Notes under the pieces: generated by a model
What the model saw: the letters and a program-made list of their open reading frames with translations, nothing else
Databases searched by the model: none
What the model was told of the DNA's origin: nothing
Part shown: positions 32,359 through 41,958 of the stretch, piece by piece
Numbering within the stretch: the stretch's first letter is position 1
Layout of the letters: each line of letters opens with the position of its first letter
Assembly (NCBI GenBank): GCA_041695225.1
Contig: JBGFRI010000020.1
Span: forward strand, 1-55,950
DNA: 55,950 nucleotides
Source of the DNA: Deinococcota bacterium
GTDB lineage: Bacteria > Deinococcota > Deinococci > Deinococcales > Thermaceae
Direction of reading: 5' to 3'
Position numbers and translations under genes: made by a program

Positions 32359-32530
32359 ACCTCGCCACCTCCTGAAGCAGTTGCTAAAGACTGGGTTCAG
32401 TAGGGCCGGGACAACCTATAGGGGCCCTATGATCTCTGAACGTACCAGGCATTTTACCCTGTTAACACCTAAACCAGACAGAGCATGTCCCGGTTGATAA
32501 GCCTGAGACTGATGTTTGGCCACAGTCTGT

Positions 32531-32617
32531 CCTGCCCGTCCTGAGCGGAGCCGAAGGGAACCTGCTGAAGCCTGCCCTGCTTGCCCTGAGCAGGGTCGAA
32601 AGGAGCCTGTCGAAGGG
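32531..32617 (-). repeat. REP-like units CCTGAGC-N-YCGAAGG (inverse of the 16770 family)
   Basis: CCTGAGCGGAGCCGAAGG, CCCTGAGCAGGGTCGAA, GAGCCTGTCGAAGGG. Confidence 0.7.
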
Positions 32618-32897
32618 GGCCAGGGCTGACTGGGGCTCAGCAAGATAGCCTGGCGGTCTAGGGTAATCTTGCGCCGGGTTCAGGGCTATTCGGGCCGCTG
32701 TTTGAACCCTATGCTCGAGGTCTAGCCCCTTCAGCTTCTACTGTGTCAGGCTCCAAGAGTCTAGCAGCCATCTGAACATGATCAGGAAGCAGCTCTGAGT
32801 CCAGGTTGCCACGACCCCGTGTGGCCTTGGCCATAAGTACACCCGGCACCGAGCGGTTACCGGCAGAGATGGTGGCCACAACCACCACGATCCAGTC

Positions 32898-33962
32898 TTA
32901 TCTTTCCTTGGTCCGGTCCGCATGGCGTAAGGCTGCGTGGGTCTCCTGCATCAAGGTCTCTACCAGCTCGGCAGCGGACAGGCTGCGGCACAGGCCCACG
33001 GCCTGCCCGGCCCATAGCGACATGAACTCGGGCCGACCCGCCCGTAAAGCAGCCTGGCGAATCTCGAGCGTAAGGGCATTCTGGATGGGATAGGGCGGCA
33101 ACAGGGCTTCATAGGGCTGCATCCGCTCGATAAAGGCATTGCGTAAGCCCCGCGCCGGCCGTCCCGAAAAGGCGCGGGTAACAATGGTGGTAGTGGTCTT
33201 GGCCTGCAACAAGGCCTGTTTGTACACCGGGTGAATACCTGACTCTAAGCAGGTCAGAAAAGCCGTTCCCATCTGCACTGCCGAGGCCCCCAGCGCCAGA
33301 GCGGCCGCAATTCCCCGCCCATCCATGATGCCCCCCGCGGCAATCACCGGAATACTCACCGCATCTACCACCTGGGGCACCAGGGCCAGGGTTCCGGTCA
33401 TGGTGTCTTCAAACGGGCCGATAAAGGTGCCCCGGTGGCCACCGGCCTCGGCCCCCTGGGCACAGACATACTCGGCCCCGGCTTGTTCCCAGGCAGTGGC
33501 TTCTGCCACGTTGGTAGCGGCGCCGATTACGCGGCACCCCGCCTGGTGCAGGCGCTTTAGGGTCTGGGCCGGTACCAGGTCGAAATGAAAACTCACCACC
33601 GGGGGTTTTTCTTCGATCAAGACCTCCAGCTGAGCGCCGAAGTCTTCGCTAAACCTACCCGGGACGACGGTCGGGGGCAGGCCTAGTTCGGCCCGGATCG
33701 GCTCCAGGCGCTCCAGGGCCATCTGCAACTGTTCGGGTGTGACCTGCACTGGTCTGTGCACCAATAAATTGACGTTGAAGGGCCTTGGGGTAAGGGCGCG
33801 AATTCTGCCGATTTCCTCGCGCAGCCTGTCGGGTGAGAGTGACGCCCCGGCCAGCGAGCCCAGCCCCCCGGCATTGGAGACCGTTGCGACCAGCTCGGGC
33901 GTGGTGGCCCCTCCGGCCATGGGGGCCTGGACGATGGGATGCCGGGTCAGGGTATAGGGCAT
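32898..33962 (-). CDS. Nitronate monooxygenase family flavoprotein
   Basis: PIVQAPMAGG, QGAEAGGHRG, AAGGIMDGRG, QMGTAFL, SLWAGQ. Confidence 0.92.
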   Translation of the reverse strand: MPYTLTRHPIVQAPMAGGATTPELVATVSNAGGLGSLAGASLSPDRLREEIGRIRALTPRPFNVNLLVHRPVQVTPEQLQMALERLEPIRAELGLPPTVVPGRFSEDFGAQLEVLIEEKPPVVSFHFDLVPAQTLKRLHQAGCRVIGAATNVAEATAWEQAGAEYVCAQGAEAGGHRGTFIGPFEDTMTGTLALVPQVVDAVSIPVIAAGGIMDGRGIAAALALGASAVQMGTAFLTCLESGIHPVYKQALLQAKTTTTIVTRAFSGRPARGLRNAFIERMQPYEALLPPYPIQNALTLEIRQAALRAGRPEFMSLWAGQAVGLCRSLSAAELVETLMQETHAALRHADRTKER

Positions 33963-34080
33963 GCCAGATTGTACTAACTTATTGCGTTCTGTGGGGCCTG
34001 TACGAGGTGATCTGGCAGAAAACTGGGCGACGTGTCCCGGCTAACGTTTGCATCCCGCCGCTACCGCTAGACTCTGATTC

Positions 34081-34728
34081 ATGACAGAGCGTATGTATGC
34101 CATCACCACCCCCGAAGAAGCCGATATCTTCATCGAAAGCCAGCCCGTCACGGCTGTATTTAAGGCCGGAACCTGCCACAAGACCATGCAGGGCTGGGGC
34201 AACGTGGAAAAACTGCTGCGGGAACGGCCGGAAATTCCGGTTGGCATCATCAAGGTGGTCGAGAACCGCCCGGCCTCAAACCGTGTGGCCGAGCGCACCC
34301 AGATCGTGCACCATTCTCCCCAGATTATCCTCTTTCGTGGCGGCCAGCCGCTGTTTGAGCTGAACAACTGGGACATAACCCTGGAAAACCTCGAGCTCCT
34401 GTTCAGCCAGTACCTTTCTGATCTGAGGGTGGAAGACCCGCAAACGGGTGGCAAGAGCAACCTGGACAGCTACAAGCGCTTGCTGGATGCCTACCTGGCC
34501 GGTGCAGTGAGCGAGCAGCAGTTCACCTGGACCTACCTCAACATGTTCCGCGAAGATGCCTCGCTGCGTTCACAGGAGGAATTCGTGCTGCTCAACTCAC
34601 TTTTTGGCAACCCCGATGAGCATCACATCCACCCCCGGGCCATCATGCAGTTTGAGCAAGAAAACCCCCAGGCCAGGCCCTTGCGTGAACGGGTGCAGTC
34701 TTTGCGGGCCCAGCTCGAGGCCATGTGA
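34081..34728 (+). CDS. Monothiol bacilliredoxin BrxC/YtxJ-like domain fused to a colicin-immunity-like C-terminal domain
   Basis: FKAGTCHKT, VVENRPASNRVAE, IVHHSPQ; C-terminal YKRLLDAYLAG.VSEQQF...YLNMF...FVLLNSLFG..D. Confidence 0.75.
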   Translation: MTERMYAITTPEEADIFIESQPVTAVFKAGTCHKTMQGWGNVEKLLRERPEIPVGIIKVVENRPASNRVAERTQIVHHSPQIILFRGGQPLFELNNWDITLENLELLFSQYLSDLRVEDPQTGGKSNLDSYKRLLDAYLAGAVSEQQFTWTYLNMFREDASLRSQEEFVLLNSLFGNPDEHHIHPRAIMQFEQENPQARPLRERVQSLRAQLEAM

Positions 34729-34732
34729 TGTT

Positions 34733-34797
34733 GATAGCTGATAGCTTATAGCACAAGATAAAAGCTATAGGCTATGGGCTATTTGGCTACCGGCTAC
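34733..34797. repeat. Heptamer hairpin (GATAGCT/AGCTATN) with loop AAGATAAAA
   Basis: GATAGCT GATAGCT TATAGC ACAAGATAAA AGCTATA GGCTATG GGCTAT. Confidence 0.85.
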
Positions 34798-35095
34798 GCC
34801 CAGGTCGGGGGATTTATTGCTCACGACACCCAAAGGAGTTTTGTAGCTGGCGGGCATTTACAAACGGCGCTGATCAACAATAGTCCCCAGGTGCGATTCT
34901 CCCGACAAAGTGCGAAAGAAAATACTGCACTAGACGTCTGGGCTTAGCCTCGAGGGGGTTCCAATGGGAACCTCATGAGCAGGGGTGGCTCGAGGCTAAG
35001 CAAGGTTAGATTAGCAGCAAGTTGTGTTAAAATTTTTGGAGCGGGTTCAGGTTCTGCCCAAAGCCGTTCAGGCTTCTGTAGCCTGTTTATAAGCC

Positions 35096-35986
35096 ATGCG
35101 CCGCGCTTATTCGACCGCACACTGTGTCTTGCAGCTCCCCGATTACCACCCTTTTCCCAGGTACAAATATGGGGGTGTTGCCGAGGCACTACAAACCCAG
35201 CTTGACGTACAGCCTGCGCCCGCCATAACCTGGGCAACCCTGGCCCTGGCTCACAATCACGACTATCTGCTCAGGCTCCGTCTGCACGGGCTAAGCCGCC
35301 AGGAGGCCCATCAGTTAGGTCTGCCCTGGACTCAGAGCCTGTTGACACGGGCCATGCACGCTGCCGGAGGCACCCTGGCAGCCACCCACGACGCTCTGGA
35401 AACCGGCCTGGGCCTGAGCCTGGCAGGTGGAACCCACCACGCCTACCCGGGTCGGGCCGAGGGCTACTGTCTTTTAAACGATGTGGCGGTAGCCATAGCC
35501 AGTCTGAGGGCCGGAGGCTTTACTAAAAAGGCCTTGGTCGTAGACCTGGATGCCCACCAGGGCAACGGTACGGCTGTTTTCTTCCAAAAAGACCCCGCGG
35601 TATTTACCCTCTCGGTACACGCCCAGCGCAACTACCCCCTCAAAAAGGAGCAAAGCGACCTGGATGTGGGCCTAGGCAATGCAACAGGCGACAGGGAGTA
35701 TCTGGAAGCCCTGGAACCGGCGCTTGAACGGGCCTTTGCCCACAACCCCGATCTGGTCTTTTTCAACGCCGGGGTGGACGTGCTGCAAAACGATAGGTTT
35801 GGCCGATTGCAGTTGAGTATGCGAGGGCTGGCCGAACGGGACTGGCGGGTTTTTGAGAAAGTTCAACAGGCCAATAAACCTCTGGTGATCGTGATGGGAG
35901 GGGGCTACAACCGCGACCCCCACCTGACCGTTGCGGCGCACGTCCAGACCTACCGGCTGGCGCTGAAAGCCCTGGGAGCAAATTGA
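35096..35986 (+). CDS. Zn-dependent deacetylase (HDAC family)
   Basis: GGTHHA, GYC, DLDAHQGNGT, AGVD..D..G, GGGY. Confidence 0.93.
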   Translation: MRRAYSTAHCVLQLPDYHPFPRYKYGGVAEALQTQLDVQPAPAITWATLALAHNHDYLLRLRLHGLSRQEAHQLGLPWTQSLLTRAMHAAGGTLAATHDALETGLGLSLAGGTHHAYPGRAEGYCLLNDVAVAIASLRAGGFTKKALVVDLDAHQGNGTAVFFQKDPAVFTLSVHAQRNYPLKKEQSDLDVGLGNATGDREYLEALEPALERAFAHNPDLVFFNAGVDVLQNDRFGRLQLSMRGLAERDWRVFEKVQQANKPLVIVMGGGYNRDPHLTVAAHVQTYRLALKALGAN

Positions 35987-38077
35987 CTAATCCAGCACTT
36001 CCAGCCGCACCGGGTTGCTATGGAAGGTGCTGCCCTCGCCCATATCGGTGAGGTGTTCGCCGGTAAGCCAGTTGATGCCCTTGCCATCGGGGGCGTTTCG
36101 CTCCCACCAGGTGCCCTCGAGCACCACCGTACCCGTGATGGGGGCCCAGCTCACCCGCACCCGCCGCAGCAGTGCGCCGTGCTGCGAGCGCACCCTCATC
36201 AGCGCGCCGTCCACCGCACCATAAACCGCCGCATCCTGGGGGTGCACCAGTAAAACCGGCTCTTTGCCCTCGCCCTGTACCAGGCGCTCGATATGACCGT
36301 AGGTGCTGTTCAGGAAGTGCTTGGCAGGAGGGGTTAGCAGAATAAGGGGAAATTCTGGGGTGGGCTCGGTCAGGATTACCTGCGGCGGCGGGTCGAACTG
36401 AACTTTGCCGGAAGGAGTACTGGCGCTCTCGGTATATGGCCGGTAGCCACTTGGTATGTTCAGCCGGACGAAGCCTTCTGCTTTCAGGCGCTCCAGGGTG
36501 ATGCCTTTTAGCCAGGGGTGGTCACTGTCCAACAACGACCTGGCCAGCGTTTCGGCGTCCCAGTAGAGGCTGGGTTCGGCCAGGCCCAGCCTGCGGCCTA
36601 GCTCGGCAAAGACCCAGGTGTTGGGCCTGGCCTGGCCCTGGGGCTGCATCAACGCCTGGTTCCAGGACAGGTAGTAATGCCCATAGGCGGTGTAAAGGTC
36701 GGGGTGTTCCAAAAAGGTAGTGGCCGGCAGCACATAGTCGGCAAAGGCAGTGGTCTCGGTGAGGGCCTGTTCCAGCACTACCGTAAACAGGTCGGGGCGC
36801 AGCAAGCCCTTGTGCACCAGGTCGGAGCGTGGGGCAATTACCGCAGGGTTGGAGTTGAAGACAAACAGGGCCCGGATGGGCGGTTCCCGGGTGGTGAGGG
36901 CCGTGCCGATCTGGCTCATGTTGACGCAACGGGGTTTGGGCAGGGGAGCCCTGGAGCGGGAGCGTGGAGAAGCAGCTTGTCTTTCTGCCCTAGTCTCCAC
37001 GGAAGCTGCACCTGTCTGCTCCTCGGCCAAGAGATGCCTTCCTCCCAGAAAATGCCGGTTCAGGGGAAACCCCCCGCTGGTGCTCATCAGCGCACCGCCG
37101 CCCTTGTACTGCCAGGCCCCGGTGACGGCGGGCAGCAGAACCACCACCCGCAGCGCCGAGGCCCCGCCAGGGTGACGGGTCAGACCATAACTGGTGCGGA
37201 TAAACGAGGCCCTGGCCTGGGCAAACTCGAGGGCCAGTCGCTCCACCGTCTCTGCCCCAACGCCGGTGACGGCCTCGACCCGCTGAGGTGTCCAGGCCTC
37301 GGCTACTTCCATAAAGGCCTCAAAGCCGGTGGTCATTCGGGCGATGTAGGCCGCGTCGTGCAGCCCGGCCTTCACTATGGCCCGCGCTATTCCGTAGGCC
37401 AGGGCGGCGTCGGTTCCGGGGCGAATTTTGAGGTGTTCGTCGGCAAAGCGGCTGGTCAGGTTTTGGTAAGGGTCAATGTGTACAATGCGCGCACCGTTGT
37501 GTCGGGCTTCTTTGAGAAAAGGGGTGAGATGGGTGTTGGTATGCAGACTGTTGATGCCCCAGAGCAGAATAAACCTGGCCTGGGGTACATCCTCGGGGTC
37601 TACCCCGGTACGCGCGCCATAGCTGGCCTCCCAGGCTGCCGAGCCAGCGGTGGCGCAGATGGTGGTCTTTAGCTCGGTAGCGCCAAGGGCACGGAAAAAG
37701 GTCAGGGGGTGTTCGTACTGGATCAGGCCCATAGTGCCGGCATAGTGGTAGGGGAGTACGGCCTCGGGGCCGTGCTTCCCCACGGTCTCCTGCAGACGAC
37801 CGGCGATATCGTCCAGCGCGGTTTCCCAGCTCACCCGCTCAAACCGGCCCTCGCCCTTTTTCCCCACCCGCCGGAGTGGGTGCAGCGGCCTGAGGGCATG
37901 GTGGTTGCGCTCGGGGTAGCGGTAGGTCTTGACACAGGCAAAGCCCTGGGTGATGGGGTGCCGGGGGTCGCCCTCAATTTTGAGCAGGGTATTACTGGTA
38001 TCGTCAATGCTGGCAATCAGCGAGCAGGCATCGGGGCAGTCCAGGGCGCAGGTGGCGCGGGCTTGGCGCACAGTCAT
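35987..38077 (-). CDS. Molybdopterin oxidoreductase family protein with [4Fe-4S] N-terminus
   Basis: CALDCPDAC...C.K, YHYAGTMG, TICATAG, ADYVLPATT, FLNSTY. Confidence 0.92.
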   Translation of the reverse strand: MTVRQARATCALDCPDACSLIASIDDTSNTLLKIEGDPRHPITQGFACVKTYRYPERNHHALRPLHPLRRVGKKGEGRFERVSWETALDDIAGRLQETVGKHGPEAVLPYHYAGTMGLIQYEHPLTFFRALGATELKTTICATAGSAAWEASYGARTGVDPEDVPQARFILLWGINSLHTNTHLTPFLKEARHNGARIVHIDPYQNLTSRFADEHLKIRPGTDAALAYGIARAIVKAGLHDAAYIARMTTGFEAFMEVAEAWTPQRVEAVTGVGAETVERLALEFAQARASFIRTSYGLTRHPGGASALRVVVLLPAVTGAWQYKGGGALMSTSGGFPLNRHFLGGRHLLAEEQTGAASVETRAERQAASPRSRSRAPLPKPRCVNMSQIGTALTTREPPIRALFVFNSNPAVIAPRSDLVHKGLLRPDLFTVVLEQALTETTAFADYVLPATTFLEHPDLYTAYGHYYLSWNQALMQPQGQARPNTWVFAELGRRLGLAEPSLYWDAETLARSLLDSDHPWLKGITLERLKAEGFVRLNIPSGYRPYTESASTPSGKVQFDPPPQVILTEPTPEFPLILLTPPAKHFLNSTYGHIERLVQGEGKEPVLLVHPQDAAVYGAVDGALMRVRSQHGALLRRVRVSWAPITGTVVLEGTWWERNAPDGKGINWLTGEHLTDMGEGSTFHSNPVRLEVLD

Positions 38078-38221
38078 AGAGACTATGCTAAAAACATCGG
38101 CCTTATGCTGTCTGCCCACGCTCACAATGGCACAACCAGAAACTGTTGTTCTTCAGCTTAGCGAGCCCACCCTTCGACAGAATCGGCATATCTAGAATTG
38201 CGGCAAAGCGGGGTAAGGCAC

Positions 38222-38448
38222 GGACTAATCACCCCCATCTCCGGCCACTCCATCGCCCAGTCTGACCAAACATTGAGTATGTGGACTCCTATCGTCGCAT
38301 GTCTAAGGTCTAAGGTCTGCGACGGTCTTGAGTTTTGGCCCTCGACCTTTGTCTTCAGACCTTCGACCAACATCCCCGGCCACTCCATCGCCCAGTCTAT
38401 GGATTAATCGTCCGCATGCTAGACCACTTGATCACCCAATCTATGGGA
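38222..38448. repeat. 44-bp repeat cluster (3 copies) interrupted by an 84-bp heptamer element
   Basis: CATC(T/C)CCGGCCACTCCATCGCCCAGTCT at 38236 and 38371; diverged copy at 38415. Confidence 0.8.
38286..38369 (-). repeat. 84-bp dispersed heptamer-hairpin element, copy 1
   Basis: Reverse complement closely matches 48166-48249. Confidence 0.9.
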
Positions 38449-38499
38449 AGCCCATACCCGAAAATTCGAACCAGCCTAAAAACCCCACCAAGCCAAACC

Positions 38500-38515
38500 G
38501 GCCCCTTTCGGGGCC
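38500..38515 (-). terminator. Hairpin terminator for the 38534-39310 gene
   Basis: GGCCCC-GAAA-GGGGCC followed by GGTTT on the minus strand. Confidence 0.6.
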
Positions 38516-38533
38516 AGTCTACCGGCCTGGCTT

Positions 38534-39310
38534 TTAATCGTTGTGGCCTTCCGAGTCGTTATGGCTATCGTTGTTGTTCGGAGCGTCCTGGTCATCATCA
38601 TCCTGACCGTGGGTGTCGTTGCGATCATTCAAAACTTCCCGCTTAGCAGTTGCCAGCGCCTCCAGAACGGCCATTCCTTCTTCCCTCAGGTCAATTACTC
38701 TAGCGGTGATGGTGGTGACCTCTTCCAGGCTGGGGTCGGCCCGCATGGCCTCCTTTAGCACGGCAAAAGCCAGGGCTTCGCCGATGCCTGCCTCTATCAT
38801 ATCAATCAGGGCGGCTGCCAGGGTGCTGTGCTCTTGCAGGAAGGTCTCTGGGCTGATACCCAGGGTGGTCAGGTCGTTGTGCAGGGCCAGGAATGCCCGG
38901 ATAAGTTCCGGCGACACACCGGCCTCTTTCAGGTCGAGCTTGTCCGCTACGATGGTGCTGACCTCATCGAGCCTGGGGTTGGCGGCAATGGCCGAGCGCA
39001 GGGTGCTCATGGCGGCATCCTTAGCCAGCCCTGCTTGCACCATGTCTATCAGGGCTTCGGCGATACCCCTGAACTCACTGCGGAACTGGGCCTTGTCCAG
39101 GCCAAACTCGGCTTGCAGGCGGATTACTGCTTTTGCTGCGCCTTCTCCCAGGGCTGCTACCAGTCGGGCGTAGTCGGAGGGTTGCAGCCCTACGGACTGG
39201 GCCAGCTCGCTCAGGGTCTGGGTAGGGGCGGGGGCCGGCTGTGTCTGGACGGCTGCGGATGCCGTGCTTAGGGTAAGCAGAGTTGCCAGGGTTGCCAGAA
39301 TTCTTTTCAT
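38534..39310 (-). CDS. Secreted hypothetical protein with two internal helical repeats and a D/N/H-rich tail
   Basis: Signal peptide ending ASA; repeats ALIDMVQAG..NPRLDEVSTI / ALIDMIEAG..DPSLEEVTTI; AGGAG RBS. Confidence 0.82.
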   Translation of the reverse strand: MKRILATLATLLTLSTASAAVQTQPAPAPTQTLSELAQSVGLQPSDYARLVAALGEGAAKAVIRLQAEFGLDKAQFRSEFRGIAEALIDMVQAGLAKDAAMSTLRSAIAANPRLDEVSTIVADKLDLKEAGVSPELIRAFLALHNDLTTLGISPETFLQEHSTLAAALIDMIEAGIGEALAFAVLKEAMRADPSLEEVTTITARVIDLREEGMAVLEALATAKREVLNDRNDTHGQDDDDQDAPNNNDSHNDSEGHND

Positions 39311-39513
39311 CTCGGTTCTCCTTTGACCGGGGCTTCCGGTTCAATGCGGAGTTTAGGTAGGAGACCTTAATCCACCTTTAGCCCAGTGTTAGGCTTTTCT
39401 AACCCGTCGCAGCTTTCCCAGCGCTACCCTCTTCGTCACCGACTTCATCCACCACCCCGCGAGTCTGGGCCCTGGCACGGCTTCGGACGGTTCTGCCGTA
39501 AACCGCTGGCTGG

Positions 39514-40218
39514 CTAGAGGGCCAGATAGGCCTTTTGCACCCCTTGGTTGCTGGATAACTCTCTGGCGCTACCGCTCAACACCACCCGGCCGTGCTCGAC
39601 CACGTAGCCCCGGTCGGCCACTTCCAGGCTCAGGGCCACGTTTTGCTCGACCAGCAGTACGCCCACGCCCTCGGCCCTGACCCGCGACAGGGTGGCCAGC
39701 ACTTCCTCAGCCAGCTTTGGTGAAAGGCCCAGGCTAGGCTCGTCTACCATCAGGATGCGGGGCCGGCCCATGAGGGCGCGTCCAATAGCCAGCATCTGTT
39801 GCTCCCCACCGGAAAGCGTACCGGCTATCTGCTGCTTGCGCTCGGCCAGGCGGGGGAACAGGGCGTAAATTTGCTGAAGTTTCTGCTGTCGGCCAGACCA
39901 GGCCAGGAATGCGGCCCCCAGCAACAGATTCTCTTCAACGCTCATCAGCCCGAACAGCTGACGCCCCTCGGGTACATGGCCCAGCCCCATCTGAGCGCGC
40001 CTGGCTGCCGAGACCCCCAGCAGACTCTGCCCGTCCAGGCCCACGCTCCCACCCCAGGGTTTGAGCAGCCCCGAAATGGTGTGCAGGGTGGTGGTCTTGC
40101 CCGCGCCGTTGGGCCCCAGCAGCGCGACCACCTCGCCCTGGGACACCTCGAGGCTTAGCCCAAACAACACCTGGGCTTTGCCGTAGCCTGCTGTCAGATC
40201 GGAGACGCTTAGCTTCAT
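39514..40218 (-). CDS. LIV-type ABC transporter ATPase (LivF-like)
   Basis: GPNGAGKT, VPEGR, LSGGEQQM, DEPSLGL. Confidence 0.93.
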   Translation of the reverse strand: MKLSVSDLTAGYGKAQVLFGLSLEVSQGEVVALLGPNGAGKTTTLHTISGLLKPWGGSVGLDGQSLLGVSAARRAQMGLGHVPEGRQLFGLMSVEENLLLGAAFLAWSGRQQKLQQIYALFPRLAERKQQIAGTLSGGEQQMLAIGRALMGRPRILMVDEPSLGLSPKLAEEVLATLSRVRAEGVGVLLVEQNVALSLEVADRGYVVEHGRVVLSGSARELSSNQGVQKAYLAL

Positions 40219-40294
40219 GGACTCCTCCAGTGGGTGGGAGTTCCCGTCCGCAATTCCAGAGCCTCGGCCCTCGACCCTTTGCGTTTGAGCATTA

Positions 40295-41011
40295 TCAAGC
40301 ACTCCTCCCCAGATAGGCCTCGCGAACGCGGGCATTCGCCGCCACCTGGTCGTAGCGGCCCTCGGCAATTACCTGGCCGTGGTCCATCACCACCACCCGG
40401 TCTGCCAGTGCTCGCACCACCGGCATCAGGTGTTCGATAAACAAAACCGTGACCCCGCTGGCCCGAATGCGCTTGACCAGCTCCACAGCCTCCATGGCCT
40501 CGGCCGGGCGCAGGCCGGCCATCACCTCGTCGAGCAGCAGCAGTCGGGGCTGGGTAGACAGGGCCCGGGCCAGCTCGAGGCGCTTGTCCTCCACCAGGGT
40601 TAGCTCGTCGGCCTGGGTGTCGGCTTTAGCGCTCAGGCCGGTTAGTTCGATGACGTGCGCGACCACCTTCTGGGCGGTCTGCATGGAGGTGCCGGGCTTG
40701 CCATAAATTGCTCCTACCATCAAGTTTTCCCGCACGGTCATCTCGTGGAAGGGCTGCACGATCTGGAAGGCCCTGCCCAGTCCTTTCCAGGCCCGCACCT
40801 CAGGAGCGGTATGGGTGAGGTCCTGGCCCAGAAACTCGATGCGGCCTGCGTCTGGGCGAATTAAGCCCGAGAGCAGGTTGAGCACGGTGCTCTTGCCAGC
40901 GCCGTTGGGGCCAATGATGGCCAGAATTTCGCCTTCATGGACCTCGAGGCTCACCTCGCTAGCCGCTACCACCCCACCAAAGCGTTTGGTCAACCCCGAA
41001 ACCTTAAGCAT
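40295..41011 (-). CDS. LIV-type ABC transporter ATPase (LivG-like)
   Basis: KRFGG, GPNGAGKS, LLDE, IEH, AYLG. Confidence 0.93.
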   Translation of the reverse strand: MLKVSGLTKRFGGVVAASEVSLEVHEGEILAIIGPNGAGKSTVLNLLSGLIRPDAGRIEFLGQDLTHTAPEVRAWKGLGRAFQIVQPFHEMTVRENLMVGAIYGKPGTSMQTAQKVVAHVIELTGLSAKADTQADELTLVEDKRLELARALSTQPRLLLLDEVMAGLRPAEAMEAVELVKRIRASGVTVLFIEHLMPVVRALADRVVVMDHGQVIAEGRYDQVAANARVREAYLGRSA

Positions 41012-41921
41012 GACCAGCCCCTTTGCGGCGGGCAAACAAACCAATCAGGCCCCTGGGCAGGAAGAGGATGGTCAGCACTAGCACCACTCCATACACCACC
41101 AGATGACCTCCGCCGCCGCCGATATTAAAGCGCAACCAGGTCTCGAGGCTCACGATGATCAGACCCCCCAGCAGCGGCCCGGCAGTGGTATAGAGCCCGC
41201 CAAAAATTGGGATTAACAGGGCTTCAACTGCTCGAACCAGGCCAAAGGCATCGTGGGGTGTGAGAAACATGGTCTTCATGGCGTAGACGCCGCCAGCCAG
41301 CCCAGCCAGAAAAGCCGAGATCATAAAGACCATCAGCTTGACCTGCACCACCGGCACCCCCAGCACCCGCGCCACTGCCTCCCCCTGTCGCGTGGCGGTC
41401 ATGGCATAGTTGAGCCGGCTCCGGCTAAACAGCAGACTCACCACCGTGCAGATAAACAAGACCGCCACAGCCAGATAGTAGGCCCCCAGGGTGTAGGCGC
41501 CCTCAAAAGGGGGCTGTACTGGCAGGCCGATTGGGCCACCGGTGAACTCGGCTTTGAGCACCAGCGTGCGCATCACCTCGTTGAAGGCCAGGGTTGCGAT
41601 GGCGAAGTACATGCCATGCAAGCGCAAGGTGGCAAATCCCAGCAGCAGGCTGGACAGCGCCGCCAGGCCCCCTCCCACCAGCAGCGCGGGAATCGTGCCC
41701 AGTTCGGGTGCAGACAGGGCCGCAGCGTAAGCGCCCAGTCCAAAAAAAGCGCCGTGGGCCAGCGAAAGCTGGCCGGTGCGGGCGAGCATATCCCAGGCCA
41801 GGGCCAGGCTGCTGACCAGAAAGGCAAATAACGCCGCATCCAGCAAGAAGGCCCGCCACTGGCCCAGGGGTAGTCCTGGCAAAACCAGGGCCAAAAGCAG
41901 GAGAAGCCCGACCAGAATCAT
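41004..41921 (-). CDS. LIV-type ABC permease (LivM-like)
   Basis: GQLSLAHGAFFGLGAY, YFAIATLAF, FTGG. Confidence 0.92.
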   Translation of the reverse strand: MILVGLLLLLALVLPGLPLGQWRAFLLDAALFAFLVSSLALAWDMLARTGQLSLAHGAFFGLGAYAAALSAPELGTIPALLVGGGLAALSSLLLGFATLRLHGMYFAIATLAFNEVMRTLVLKAEFTGGPIGLPVQPPFEGAYTLGAYYLAVAVLFICTVVSLLFSRSRLNYAMTATRQGEAVARVLGVPVVQVKLMVFMISAFLAGLAGGVYAMKTMFLTPHDAFGLVRAVEALLIPIFGGLYTTAGPLLGGLIIVSLETWLRFNIGGGGGHLVVYGVVLVLTILFLPRGLIGLFARRKGAGHA

Positions 41922-41958
41922 GGTACTCTCCCGTAGATCTGCGCGGTTTTCGGGGTCT

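Noticed and set aside
32700..32897. Open minus-strand frame downstream of the nitronate monooxygenase
   Set aside because: No start signal or recognisable domain.
38222..38448. CRISPR array
   Set aside because: Only three diverged units, period 44 bp with ~16-nt intervals that are themselves similar, and no cas genes.
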